Shown here: in pieces, positions 28,501-43,500 of the stretch
How the letters are laid out: every line of letters starts with the position of its first letter
Numbering within the stretch: position 1 is the first letter of the stretch
NCBI GenBank assembly: GCA_030141605.1
Contig: JAQGDQ010001208.1
Coordinates: 1 to 55,451, forward strand
Source of the DNA: Tubiluchus corallicola
Taxonomy: Eukaryota; Animalia; Priapulida
Length of the DNA stretch: 55,451 bases
Direction: 5' to 3'
Program-made: the position numbers and the translations under genes
Notes under the pieces: model-generated
The model's input: only the letters and a program-made list of their open reading frames with translations
Told to the model about the DNA's origin: nothing
Database searches by the model: none

Positions 28501-31500
28501 CACAGGAAAGTTCAAATGTGACTTAGGTAAGTCAAATGTAGACACAGGAAAGTTCAAATGTGACTTAGGTAAGTCAAATGTAGACATAGGAATTTCGAAC
28601 GTGTTTTGGTAACTCAAATGTGACTTAGGTAAGTCAAATGTAGACATACGAATTTCAAATGTGTTTTGGTAACTCAAATGTGACTTAGGTAAGTCAAATG
28701 TAGACATAGGAATTTCGAACGTGTTTTGGTAACTCAAATGTGACTTAGGTAAGTCAAATGTAGACATAAGGACATTTAACTTGACATGTGTCTACATTTG
28801 ACTTACGCTTAAGATTTCTTGAAAACCATTGTTAACACATTTGAACTACCTAAATCTACATTTGAGTTACCAAGACACATTTGAATTACCTAAATCTACA
28901 TTTGAGTTACCAAGACACATTTGAATTACCTAAATCTACATTTGAGTTACCAAGACACATTTGAATTACCTAAATCTACATTTGAGTTACCAAGACACAT
29001 TTGAATTACCTAAATCTACATTTGACGTGTAAAACCTATATAAGGAACCACTTGTTCTTTCAATAGTTCTCTTGAGGATCTTAAAATGTGAAACTTACGC
29101 TCACTGAAGCCTTGTGAAAGCACAACGGTACGAACTTGGTGTAAATTTCGTCGCTTGAGAGACATTTTGTCAGAGAGCTGAGCTTGGTCATCAACTCCTC
29201 GTGAAGTCTCCAGTTGATCGACTCCGACACGACTTGCTCGCAGTAGAGAAGCGAGGAACACAACTCGACTCCGCACACGTCACCTAGCTGCACAGAGATG
29301 GATAAATACATGAGAATGTGACCAATATTTCTTTAAATGTGTGATGGGTGGCAAAATCGTCCACAAGTCGGCAACTTAACTTTTCTAGTTATGCTGAATC
29401 TCCATTTCACGAGGATCATTTTGATACCAAGTTCATCACTCTATGTTATTTCTAAGCTGAGATAATCCTTTTCCTTTAAATAATAAACTAGATGCGCATT
29501 ATCATCCGCTCTCTACAGTGAATAGAAAATGCTTACTATTTCATATCTATAGTCACTCGCTGCCATAAGGAAATTTTTTATTATGCCCTAACAACAGAAG
29601 AGCATACGAGAATTTTAGAAATCCTTCCATAATATAATTCTACAATTTATTTTAAGAGTAATGCATGCACAAAAACTATCCTTGGTACATTGCCAGATGA
29701 ATATGCGATGCTCCATGCTCAAACATACCAAGGTTTCCGTGGAGATCACGCCTGACCGGCCATTGTTTAACGACTTCGAGAAGCATTCCAGTGTTTGGGA
29801 AAGATTAGGGATTATTCCTTCTACAACGTCGATGTATTCGTCCTTCAGCAAAGCCAGAAACTGAGGAATTATCAACTTGACATCCTGACCGAGGATCTTA
29901 GCAATCTACAGAACAGACAGACAAACAAACACATAAAATATTTACGATTCCAGTAATCAAAATATCGAGTTTGCTCAAAAGTAATCATTTTCGTCCATTA
30001 GATGGAGCCACAAAACCAGTAGAGTATGCCAAGAAAAGTAAGCTTGAATTAAAATTGACCTTAAGATGGTTAAGTAATGTGAGCAAATAAGAATAAATAA
30101 AATATCTACATTCTCTCTCTTACACAGTCTGGTTTACATTGGCTATATACAATCTTTCGATTTTGGCTACTAGATGGTGCAACAAAACAAGGAAACACCG
30201 AACATTTGGACAAAGTTCGCTATTTTCCGTTATTAATATTCTGATCAAGTCGTCTATTAAACTGACTCCATTTACGAAATGCAAAGGCTTCATTGGCACA
30301 CTAGCCAGGCACCAGGTGCCGCCACAAACGAAGAAACCAATTAATTATGTATCAACAAAGTTGCTGATTAATCGCTAATGATTAATCAGTGGCTTGTTTT
30401 GGATGAAACCATTTTCACAAAGCAGAGGGGTGGACCAAAGAGAATTGTACTATAGGTTTTACATGTCAAATGTAGACCTGCGTTAACTCAAATGTAGATT
30501 TAGGTAATTCAAATGTGTCTTGGTAACTCAAATGTAGACTTAGGTAATTCAAATGTGTCTTGGTAACTCAAATGTAGACTTAGGTAGTTCAAATGTGTTA
30601 ATGATGGTTTTCAAGAAATCTTGAGTGCTTTTGGTAAATCAAATTTAGACACATGTCAAGTCAAATGTGACATTGGTATCTCAAATGTGGATAGGTGATA
30701 AAGCTTAAGGATGTTAAATTTAATCTTCTTTAATTTCAATTTAATAATTGCTCTAAGGTTAAAATAACAACGTTATAGGTCTACTAATAGATGCACTATC
30801 TTTGGTTTATCTTTTTCTAATTTGCACTTAAATAACTTAATTACCGATTTATTCGAAGAAATGCACCTACATTTGACTTACCTAAGTCACATTTGAGTTA
30901 CCAAAACACATTCGAAATTCCTATGTCTACATTTGACTTACCTAAGTCACATTTGAACTTTCCTGTGTCTACATTTGACTTACCTAAGTCACATTTGAAC
31001 TTTCCTGTGTCTACATTTGACTTACCTAAGTCACATTTGAACTTTCCTGTGTCTACATTTGACTTACCTAAGTCTCATTTGAACTTTCCTGTGTCTACAT
31101 TTGACTTACCTAAGTCTCATTTGAACTTTCCTGTGTCTACATTTGACGTGCAAAACCTGTAGCAAAGGTATAATGATGGCATCCAGGAAAATAAACACAT
31201 AGTTTAAGAAGATCGTTAGCAGGCAGTTGTGTGTTTTTACACATATTTGGAAAGATTTACTCATAACAAACAACATTTTGTTAGTAATATAACTGCTTGT
31301 GCATTCTACAGGCTGCATAAGATTACGGATATCCATAAAATAAGACCAAAAATCCATAAAATAAAATTTGAAAAATCCATAAAATAAGAAATGCATAAAA
31401 CCAAAAAAAAATTTTTTTTTGAGATTTTTTTGTACAAAATAAGGCAATCAAAACTGAATACAGGCATTGGATCGGAAACTTCAGCCTAGAGGGCATTCTA

Positions 31501-34500
31501 CATTCGTACCAAATAGACGAATTATTTGAACTGAAGTGATGAATTACAAGGCATTGTCTCGTAAAATTTGATTAAATTTGAAGTGATATGAAATCGATAA
31601 AATTAAAACTAACTCCTGCGTGTTTAAAACCACGTTTCAAGCACTCCTGTTTTTACTTTTTAATTGATTTCCCCCCTGGGCATCTCGTTCCAGATATAGT
31701 CTATTTCTTATTTTATTGATATCCATGAAATAAAATTTCAAAAATCCATAAAATAAGCTATTTTATTTATTTTATACATATCATCCATAATCTTATGCGC
31801 CCTGTGCATCATTTATCACCAACCCACCATCCAGTAAATGAGAAGTCTTATTCACCAAGCCGTTAAGAAGTCATACAACATCTAAATGAGAAAATGTAAT
31901 CTTTCCCAGCTTATACATTAGTATTATACAATGTAATGAGCTTGCATAGGTCATATGCATAGGTAGCTAGTAAGTGCGAGGAAGTGATCACTTAATGTAA
32001 CTAGGATTAGGTTTACACGCTCAGGTAAGATTAACTACCTGAACTGATAACTGCATTCGCTCTGACGATGCAGCAGCGCAAGCGTAATTACGAAGCCGTC
32101 AAAAGAAACTGTTTTCGAAGCCAGTCTTTAAAGAGAAATAACCTTAGAAATTACTTTACAGCAGTTTAATGCGTGTATCGTACTCGCGGTGAAAGGAATT
32201 TCTGTTTGTTTTTATTTTAAATCTCCCGCAATACTGTTCAGACGGCGCCATTACATGACGTGACCTAAGCAAACTAAAATCAGGGGAAGATTAGGAAATG
32301 TTAAATTATGTCCCAAAAAACATTCCATGCAAATCTGTATTACTTAGCATTTCGCCTACCTGCTGGAAAGACTTATGTAACTAGAAATCATAATTTAAAA
32401 TGTTCGTGCCGATTGGTAAAATGTCGCTGACTCACCCTCCAAGGTGCGCCACTCAATAACCAAAAACGTATTTTTAACCTTTTTGGACAAGATACAACCG
32501 TTTAAAATTTTTCTTATTTAGTAACATGTCTGCTACGAATGCCCTGATTATTTTTTCAAACTTCACGCAATGTTATTTAAACTTGTTTCAAACGACCTAA
32601 CATTAAAATGGCCGCGCCTAACGGACATCGCAGGAGTTTAAATTTACACGTTTTATATAGCATTACTGCCAATGCAAGCCCTGCACGCAAAAAGGCAGTA
32701 CGTAAGTGGAATGAAATTTCGAATTTTTTAAGCTTCATGTAAGTGGAGGGTTTTCTTGTGCTTTGAGCGACACACAAAAAAACACAAGCATCTTATGTTT
32801 CAATTGGCTTTCATTTCAATACAAACAAACGGAGGCATAATTTAGATGAACTATGAACTATTGAACTATGAATTTTATTTCACACATCAAAAAGTACAAT
32901 ATTAAACACATTAATAAACTTTGAATAAAATAATTTGAGTAGTGCGAGGTGAGTGTACGACCATACGGTCATTAACACACTCACCTTACTTAAATGAAAA
33001 AATGATTATAGTTATGCATGCTTCTGTAGATAACTTAATGTAAATAAGGATGAAGTAAATGATGTAATAATTTGAGTAGTGCGAGATGAGTGTACGACCA
33101 TGCGGTCATTAACACACTCACCTTACTTAAATGAAAAAATGATTATAGTTATGCATGCTTCTGTAGATAACTTAATGTAAATAAGGATGAAGTAAATGAT
33201 GTAATAATAGCAATGGTATAAGAGCAATAAACCTGAAAGTTGAGAAAGGAAAACATAATATGTAATTACGACTTTGACTGAGCCTTAAAGAGTGAAAATT
33301 TTTTTTTAAATAGTTACGAATATGAATTATGTGATTATCTGTCAATGTACCACTTACTTGTATTACAATGCACCATATTGCTTACTTGTATATGCAATGA
33401 TATACATATACACATATATGTACCCAAATTTAAGCGCCACTCTTTTAGAATATCTTTATCAGCTAAGCCGTCCTTTAAGTTTTCATAAATGAATAACGGG
33501 GCAGAAAGAGATTTACTGAAATAATTGAAAGTCTTAAGCTCAATTTCCTTTTAAAATGCCCATTTAACTTAATTTGAATATTGAATATTAACTAAATGAA
33601 TATTTCTGTATGAGACATTCCAACACACTGCCTGTTAATTAAATAACGTGAATGATGATGCCAAGTCATCAATAAATAACTTGAATGATGATGCCAAGTC
33701 TTCAATAAATAACTTGAATGATGATGCCAAGTCATCAATAAATAACGTGAATGATGATGCCAAGTCATCAATAAATAACGTGAATGATGATGCCAAGTCA
33801 TCAATAAATAACGTGAATGATGATGCCAAGTCATCAGTTATACCTCATGAAGTCCGGCAGCTATACTTTTCCGCACTCCGGGTGCGGGATCGTCGCACAG
33901 GGACGCGAACGTGTCATACAGCGTCTTGCTGAAGCCGTCCACTCCGACAAACAGGACAAACGCCGGAAAGTTATATGCACTGCTCAGTCGACTGTCGGCG
34001 TAGACGTCGGCATCCTCAAAGAAGAGGAACGGGTCTTCAGCTACCTGCTAAAAGTGACAAAGAAAAGGTTTCATATGCTTACAACAGGAGCGTGTGGCAG
34101 GAACAGCATCTAGCTCTAGATGAGACACTGAAATGTGAGATCTACCTTAACCATATATAGGCGTATACACACCTATCTCACTGAGACAGTCAGGGGTCAT
34201 ACTGTGGTTAATATTATCAGGCCAAGTGTTGTTTAACTTTGGTTGTTAAGCTCGCATTGTAAACATTCATCTATCCCCAAGCCAAAATATAACAGTAATC
34301 CCAATATCCTTAATGAGTGTTTGCAAGATAAACTTAATGAGTATGTTGTTTTAGACGACTGTTATGTATGTAACTGAATAGAAAAAATGAATGAAATCAT
34401 CCATCCAGTTACCAGGCTCACAGTTGTTTAACTTTGGTCGTTAAAGTCACATTGTAAAAATTCAGCTGTCTCCTAAACAATACGCAACATTAATCCAAAT

Positions 34501-37500
34501 GTTATTAGACCACTGTTATGTATGTAACCGAATAGAAAGAATGAACGAAATCATCCACCCAGTTACCAGGCCCACAGTTGTTTAACTTTGGTCATTAAAG
34601 TCACATTGTCTCTTCAACAATACGCAACATTAATCCAAATGTTATTAGACCTCCGTTATTTATATAATAGGATAGAAAGAATGAACAAAATCATGTGTTG
34701 ACTTTGTAGAGTTCCGATGGCTAGGACGTACCAATTGAAAAATCTGCCAACAAACTAAAATGGTGTGTGAAGATTTTTCCTGAATTTCAAGCGCCAGGTG
34801 GCAGTAGTATAAGGCAGGTAAAAGGTGCGAGCGAAGCACTGACGTAGCAAAGCTTAATGTGTGAACTGGGGCGCTAATTTTTGTTATTGTGTTTGTCAAA
34901 TATTTGTATTTTTTCTTGTCTTCGCTACTATGATGTAAGTAATTAAGAATATTACACCACTCCTTTTTCGAACTTCTAAATCTGCATACACACGTCAGAA
35001 AACGTGCTATAATACTTTAGGTTATATTTTTACTATTTTATTAGCTGTGTATTTTGCATTTGAGTATTTTTTGCTACACAATATTTTGTTTAGACTTATT
35101 AGGCTCAAACTTTATGTATACTTCTCTTAATTTGCAGATTAAATGATAATACAAAAAAGTAGTTACATGGTGCATTAACTGTCACAATGCCCAGAAGCAT
35201 GCCGAGAGACATCTAGTGGACGTACAACAAACTAAAATCGTACATTAACTGTCACAATGCCCAGAAGAATGCCGAGAGACATCTAGTGGTCGCACAAGTA
35301 AGAGTATAATTGTCAAACTTTTACAATGTCATTTGCTTCAGACGAACAGAAACAAATCTAGCTGCAGCAGACGAACACATCAAAATTTAACCACGAACTT
35401 CCCAGAAACAGACCAAGCAGTACGTTGTGTTAGTCGATATTGGCGTTTTTGGCTAGTTTAACAAACAGCAAATCGAATAACACATGCACTTGCTTCATCA
35501 AAAACAGTATAAGTGGATCAATACCACACATTTCTACACTTGGCTTGTTTTAACCGACACTGAATCCGTTTTAAACTTATACAGCAAATTGTTCTTTGTG
35601 TACAAACGCTTCCCTTTATACGGCTCACATTAATATTTCAGCAAAATCAATTTGTGGAGTAGAAAGAACGAGAAATGTGGTTGCAAGTTCCACGAGCAGA
35701 CGTGTCCGTAATGCGTTCGGTGACAGAAAAAACAAAAGAGCGAGAAAGAGAGGACACCCCTTTCTTGAAAGCAATCTCCAGAAAAAAAGACGTGATGAGT
35801 TAAAGCAAGAAGGCTGATTCGTCAATCTAATGACAGCGAGTTTGAAATGAATGCTGTCGAGCGGTTGGAAATCAAAGCAATTCTCCAATGAGTGGAAAAC
35901 AAAGATGGCTGCTGCGATTCCTCAAAATTCAAGCAGCTATGTTTAGAATAGAAACTGCTCATTTAGAAAAACACTGCTATTTCTACAGTGTTTATTTTTC
36001 TTTTGTTTTGTTTATTAATCAGACACTTTTGTTATTATTTTAATGCATGTATTTTGCACACTGTTTTTAATGCTATAACCTTGAGTAGGAAATGTACGTA
36101 AAGTGACACAATCTGGACTAAAATCACTAATGTATCGATTGTGGCATTTACCTCGTTCCTCGTGTATACACGTAACTTGTTTTAGTCAATAAACTACATA
36201 CATACATATCCGGAGCAACACTAGTGTGTAATTCCTGCTTTTAGACTAAAACGACAGCAATGTATGTAGTTCTTTTATTTGTAACAAATAAAATGATTTT
36301 ACTATTACATTTTAAACCTGCTGGAACCAATAGTTACTCTCCCTGCCTAACCTCATTTCTCTTCCAGTCAAAGACGGGTCAATTGCTTCCTTAAGTTAGT
36401 CTGTTTACAGCACAGACAACAGCTACTTGTGCTGCATTTTACAGCAAGTACATAACACTTGTCAGAACACGTTAGTGGCTCTGCTGTAAACATTAGAATC
36501 AGATGATAGTCCAAATGAAATTCGGTTTGGCTGTAATTAAACGTAATTCAAGTTTTAAATTTCGAGTTCCTTAAAAGAAAGGTTTCGGTGGGAAGTTAGG
36601 CCTATTTCGATGTTGGTGAAAAACGTTAGAAGGATTTAGTAATAAAAGAGTGACAAGTCTCGTTAAACCAGTAAAATCACTTTAAAGTTGTGATCATTTC
36701 ACGCTAGGGTGCTCCCGCTTTGAACACCCATTCGTCCACCAATGATGTAAGATATATATATATGTAAAAACTGAGTGTATGGAAAGAAAAAAAAACATCA
36801 AAAAAGTGTAATATAGAAAAATTTATGAGAAAAAGTAAGTATGAGAAAGAGCAACAATTACTTAGGAGATGAGGAGAAAAAAGAAAAGAAAAAAAAATTG
36901 CTATCGTTTCGCTTATTAGTCTTACGTGTTATGTACAAATTCTCTCATAAATTATTGCCTCCCTTATTTACTGATTATTTTTGTTTGAATGCTGAGATAC
37001 ATAATTACGGCACACGTTATAGACTGAACTATCACTACATACAGTACAACACAAATGTTAGAAAATTTTCTATTAAATACAATGGCCCTTACATATGGAA
37101 TTCAATTGCTCCAGCTATTAAAAATGCCAACTCGCTTTCCATTTTTTAAAATAAAATATAAATTAAACTTACTTGAAACATATAACTGATCACTCAATCA
37201 TGATTTGTTGTTTTTCATTTTCAAAAACTTCCCCTCTAGTATAATAATATTTTTATTACTTCCCACCCGTATTTATATTTGTATATATTGTAATATTGTA
37301 TCTGTATATATTGTAATTTTTTTCGTAACTAATTCTACTGGCCTACCATAAACTAGCTTCTTAGGTCCCTAGCGCAGAATTCATGAATAGTATCATATTT
37401 TTGTATTAACAAAACCTGATTATCGTGCACATGTAATGTAATGTATATGTATATGTCTATTGCGAAATAAATCTATTAAAATCTAACAAAAATCTAAAAA

Positions 37501-40500
37501 ATACTAGATTCAAGTTCTGAACTAAATTCAATAGTAATGTTTTACGAATAGTGGTGGCTGTTCGTTGATAATTATGGTCTTTCGCTACCCCGTCTCAATG
37601 CAATTATGATGAATTGTGTGAAATTAAACAGGATATTATATGCACTTGAATGAGACAAATCAACCCAAACTGTCATACTACTGCGCATTTTCATTTTGCA
37701 AGTAGCGACATGTCATGTCCAAACTCAACGTCAGGACGGTAGAGTTGTCGCTGGGGTGTTTTGTGGAGTAGCCAACAACCGACATTGGCTGGTTTATCAG
37801 TCAGTTTATGAAGTTGCGATGTTCGTGTTAAACAGATGAAATCAATGGATGAAAACATGGTTTAAATTTGTGATCTGTATTTTACTCAAAATCATAGTCT
37901 CATAGTCAATCCACATTGGTTTAACTTTGTGATCTGTATTTTACTCAAAATCATAGTCTCATAGTCAATCCACATTGGTTTAACTTTGTGATCTGTATTT
38001 TACTCAAAATCATAGTCTCATAGTCAATCCACATTGGTTTAACTTTGTGATCTGTATTTTACTCAAAATCATAGTCTCATAGTCAATCCACATTGGTTTA
38101 ACTTTGTGATCTGTATTTTACTCAAAATCATAGTCTCATAGTCAATCCACATTGGTTTAACTTTACGATCTGGATTTTACTCAAAATCATAGTCTCATAG
38201 TCAATCCACATTGGTTTAACTTTACGATCTGGATTTTACTCAAAATCATAGTCTCATATTCAATCCACATTGGTTTAACTTTGCTATCTGTATTTTACTC
38301 AAAATCATAGTCTCATAGTCAATCCACATTGGTTTAACTTTGCTATCTGTATTTTACTCAAAATCATAGTCTCATATTCAATCCACATTGGTTTAACTTT
38401 ACGATCTGTATTTTACTCAAAATCATAGTCTCATAGTCAATCCACATATACACAAAAATGGTAAACATAATCAACAGTAGTAAACAAAAGTTAAAGTAAA
38501 TCCATCAGCCAATCTATCACGGCATCTGAGTCAAAATGTTGTTTTGGCCATACAACTGTTTAAGCCCATTACTTTACTTCTAATCTTGCTACCAAGTGGA
38601 AAAAAAGCTATTTTATGTTATTACGTTGAATCTTGAATAGATTTTTCTTGTGAAATCGGCAACGTACAAAACTTTTCTATTTGTAGGTTTTTTTAAACAG
38701 CTGAGAAGAGTCAAAACAGACAGTTGACAAATCAGAGTCGTTTCACAGAAACAGACAAAAACCACCAGAAGCCCCGCAGCAGACGTGTTACAAAACACCG
38801 AACGTAAACAAGTGCAAATAACCTCTGGGCAATTTCCTGTGAAATTTGCACCACGCGACCTCATCAGAGATTGCTTTAAGTGGTCATCCGATATTGACCA
38901 TATGGCTTCTGTCAGGAAATCACAATTGGGGAATGAATTGCCCCCGGCGTGAGGAGCTCATAAGGCATAGATTCACGGGCTCATTCAGGAAACAAAGCTG
39001 AAAGCCCGGATAGGGATAGCCCACTAACAGGCACACTGTCAACTTTAGTAAGCAGTGAACAGTTCAGTGTTCAAAGAAAAAAATAGCAAATGTAATTTCA
39101 CACAAAGCTAAAAAATAGCACGACATGATTAATGGATAAACTGATGAATTAAAATTATATTTTTAATCAATAAATTAATAAATAGTTAATATAAGTAAGT
39201 TAATAATAAATAATAAATGAATAACAAATATTAAATTAATAAATAATAATTAGTCAATTAATAAATTAAATTAATTAGGCCATAATTAAATAAAAATAAC
39301 TGACTGATAAGATAATAAGCTCGCAGCAAAATAAAAAATACTAAAATTTAAGATAACATATTAAAATGGAAATGCAGAATGAACAATTTCTAGATAGCAG
39401 AAAATAAAAGAAAATGATTGCAGTAAGAAGAAAAAGATTGCAGTAAGAAGAAAAAGATTGCAGTAAGAAGAAAATGATTGCAGTAAGAAGAAAATGATTG
39501 CAGTAAGAAGAAAATGATTGCAGTAAGAAGAAAATGATTGCACTAACAAGAAAATGACTGCACTAACAAGAAAAAGATTGCAGTAACAAGAAAAAGATTG
39601 CAGTAAGAAGAAAACAATTGCAGTAACAAGAAAATGACTGCACTAAGAAGAAAAAGATTGCAGTAAGAAGAAAATGACTGCACTAAGAAGAAAAAGATTG
39701 CAGTAAGAAGAAAAAGATTGCAGTAAGAAGAAAAAGATTGCAGTAAGAAGAAAACAATTGCAGTAAGAAGAAAAAGACTGCAGTAACAAGGAAAAGATTG
39801 CAGTAACAAGGAAAAGATTGCAGTAACAAGGAAAAGATTGCAGTAACAAGGAAAAGATTGCAGTAACAAGGAAAAGATTGCAGTAACAAGGAAAAGATTG
39901 CAGTAGCAAGGAAAAGATTGCAGTAACAAGGAAAAGATTGCAGTAACAAGGAAAAGATTGCAGTAACAAGGAAAAGATTGCAGTAACAAGGAAAAGATTG
40001 CAGTAACAAGGCAAAGATTGCAGTAACAAGGAAAAGATTGCAGTAACAAGGAAAGATTGCAGTAACACGATTCGTGTGAAAACATTTAAATGAACTATTC
40101 CACAACTTAACTAAAGAAAAATAACAAACAGCGTTGTGAAATCTTACAGCCCTCAATTTTGCAGTCCACTGAGTGAAAAAAATCACATTTACAGCGTATT
40201 TATAAAATTTTAGTTGTGTCCTGTTTTGGATATGAATTGTTTAAATTTGTCCCATTCTGGATTTGTATTGTTTTAGTTTCATGCCACTTTGAAGAACTCT
40301 GTTTTGTTCTGTTTAAATGTGCACTGTTTTGGACTTATGGTTTAAGTTTTGTTCTGCTTTAGATGCGCAAGTTTTAATTTTGTTTCGGGTTTTGGACTTG
40401 TGTACTGTTTTACTTTGCCCCGCCCCTTTTTAGAAGCGAAACGCTTTAGTTTTACAGCAACAGTGAACCACCTTAGTTTTTGTAAGTTCACTTTTTCAAA

Positions 40501-43500
40501 ATCGCATCTTTTGCAAAGCAGGACGCAAGCCAGCGTGACTTTACACGGACGATACAAATAGCAAAACAAGTTCACTTTTTCAAAATCGCATCTTTTGCAT
40601 AGCAGGTCACAAGCCGGCGTGATTTACGCGGACATACAAATAGCAAAACAAGTTCACTTTTTCAAAATCGCATCTTTTGCAAAGCAGGACACAAGCCGGC
40701 GTGACTTTACGCGGACATACAAATAGCAAAACAAGTTCACTTTTTCAAAATCGCATCTTTTGCATAGCAGGACACAAGCCGGCATAACTTTACGCGGACA
40801 TACAAATAGCAAAACAAGTTCACTTTTTCAAAATCGCACCTTTTGCAAAGCAGGACGCAAGCCGGCGTGAGTTTACACGGACGATACAAATAGCAAAACA
40901 AATCAAAACTGTGTCCAAAAATAAGACGAATTACCTGACATCTCGGATCCAAGACCTTCTTTACTTTGACGCCGGTTTCGGTGAGGCCGAGCTGACACAA
41001 CTGCTTATAATATTGCAGAAACCAGTCCTTCTGTTCCTGTGTGAGATTAACTGCAATGCAACAGATCAAACATTTTAGAGGATTATGTAACTTCAATAAA
41101 CACCTTAAACTCTGTTATTATAACAGGAATGTTGGCCCAAGTGTTTGACATTTTAACTAAAATTACCGCAAATCATTTCATCCGAATCTCTGTTAGGAAA
41201 TTGCTTATTCATTGTATGAAAGCTTTGTTCGACAGTAAATACTGTAAAGTCGTTGAAGTGGTATATTTATTTTAAGGTTAAATTTGAGGTCAAAGACATG
41301 CTGTGTACTAGAAATTAATGGGCATTTAGCAGCAATGATATATTTTGCTGGAAGGCATAAATTGATAGATCGTTCAACAGGTAATTACAGTAATGGTAAC
41401 AGGTGAAAACTTCGGAAATGCTGCGTAATGGCCTCGGGGGCCTGATGACATTGCTTTCTTATCTATGACTTGTTTTTATCTATGAGTACCGATTTCTTTT
41501 TATCACCTAGGGGTAAACAATAAACACATTGCATGGCAGATGCTCTGCAGAAATTTTCTGTGTACATTCTGTGTTTTGTTTCTTAGTTAATATATAAGCA
41601 AGTTGTTCAGCTATAGCTATAACGTGATTCTAAACAGTCAGAATATTAATAGTGTTACACAGACGCGCGCACACACACACACACACACACGCACACCAAT
41701 AGTGTTTGATCTTTCCATATATAAAATATTGTGTAGATTTGTGATAAAAACAGAATTATGACACTGAATTCAGCATATCTGCAATATCTACAGATAATCT
41801 GCAAAAGCAGCACAAATTATCAATGACTGGGTCGCAAGAAGGCAAAGTTTTCTAAGCCACACAGAAACCAATTTTATTACAAAGTGGGTATGAACAATCT
41901 CAATCGGAAGGGGAATTCAAAACGATTTGAATTCCCGACTTTCGAACTGGATTTAAGCAGAATTTCAAGATTCAGTTTCGGTTTTAAAGATTTCCTAATT
42001 TATTTTCAAATCGTTAATAAAATGTAGGGCAACAAGAGTCATGCATATTACTTGAGTTTATTCTGGAGCGAAACCACTAATAATTTGTTTAAAAGTTGTG
42101 CACAGAAATCGCAACTAAATGTTGCTAATTGCACAAAGTTTCAAACGTTTTAAGGACAAAAAACGTATGTGGCTGAAGTGCGGAATTATTTGAATATAAT
42201 CAAATCAAGTTCAAATCAAATTTAAAGTAGAAAAACTCGCACTTTCGAACTCGAACGATGAATGCTCACTGCCCCACCCTTTACAAAGCTCCTCCTCGTG
42301 CATCTGTGGTTTACAGCCATTGATGAATGGTCACTGCCCCACCCTTTACAAAGCTCCTCCCGGTGCATCTGTGGTTTACAGCCAACGATGAATGGTCACT
42401 GCCCCGCCCTTTACAAAGCTCCCCCGGTGCATCTGTGGTTTACAGCCAACGATGAATGGTCACTGCCACGCCCTTTACAAAGCTCCCCCAGTGCATCTGT
42501 GGTTTACAGCCAACGATGAATGGTCACTGCCCCACCCTTTACAAAGCTCCCCCGGTGCATCTGTGGTTTACAGCCAACGATGAATGGTCACTGCCCCGCC
42601 CTTTACAAAGGTCCTCCTGGTGCATCTGTGGTTTACAGCCGACGATGAATGGTCACTGCCCCGCCCTTTACAAAGCTCCCCCGGTGCATCTGTGGTTTAC
42701 AGCCAACGATGAATGCTCACTGCCCCACCCTTTACAAAGCTCCTCCCGGTGCATCTGTGGTTTACAGCCAACGATGAATGCTCACTGCCCCACCCTTTAC
42801 AAAGCTCCTCCCGGTGCATCTGTGGTTTACAGCCAACGATGAATGGTCACTGCCCCACCCTTTACAAAGCTCCCCCGGTGAATCTGTGGTTTACAGCCAA
42901 CGATGAATGGTCACTGCCCCGCCCTTTACAAAGCTCCCCCGGTGCATCTGTGGTTTACAGCCAACGATGAATGGTCACTGCCCCGCCCTTTACAAAGCTC
43001 TTTCCGGTGCATCTAAATCTCTGGCTTACAGTCAATGATTAGTCTGTTTACCCTGTCTGCTATCTTGGAGTGACATTGGAGAAATACAAATGAGAAAAAA
43101 CATGTTTCGATACCTGGAATTGAGCACTTACAACGACAAGACTTACGAACGCACTTGTTTGTGGCAGGACGAGTATCTGGTTATTCACCGATCACAGTCA
43201 TTTGAGAATAACTTAGCAGAGGCAACTTAACTGCATTTGGATCACCAAATCTTCATAAAAAGTGGAGAAAAGTCAGAGGCGGTGTGGAAACAAAACTGCC
43301 CAGGAGTGATCGGCCTGGAGCACCCATCCGATTACAAACCAGGCCGATAAATGCTGAACTTCCCTAGCCATGCTCGCGTCATTGGTAACTACTCGGTAAT
43401 CTCATTTCACTCGACAATTTCTCGGCAACAATAAGTATTAGTTTTCCAATAAAGTAATAACCTTTGTTATAACAAATGTTACTACCTGACAAGCCATGAC

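Noticed and set aside
27985-28767. 260-aa STFDLPKSHLNFPV repeat protein
   Set aside because: It lies inside a TIR element's 42/60-bp array, and the same sequence occurs in other copies.
39361-40186. Hydrophobic, transmembrane-like ORFs
   Set aside because: They derive from a 20-bp tandem repeat.
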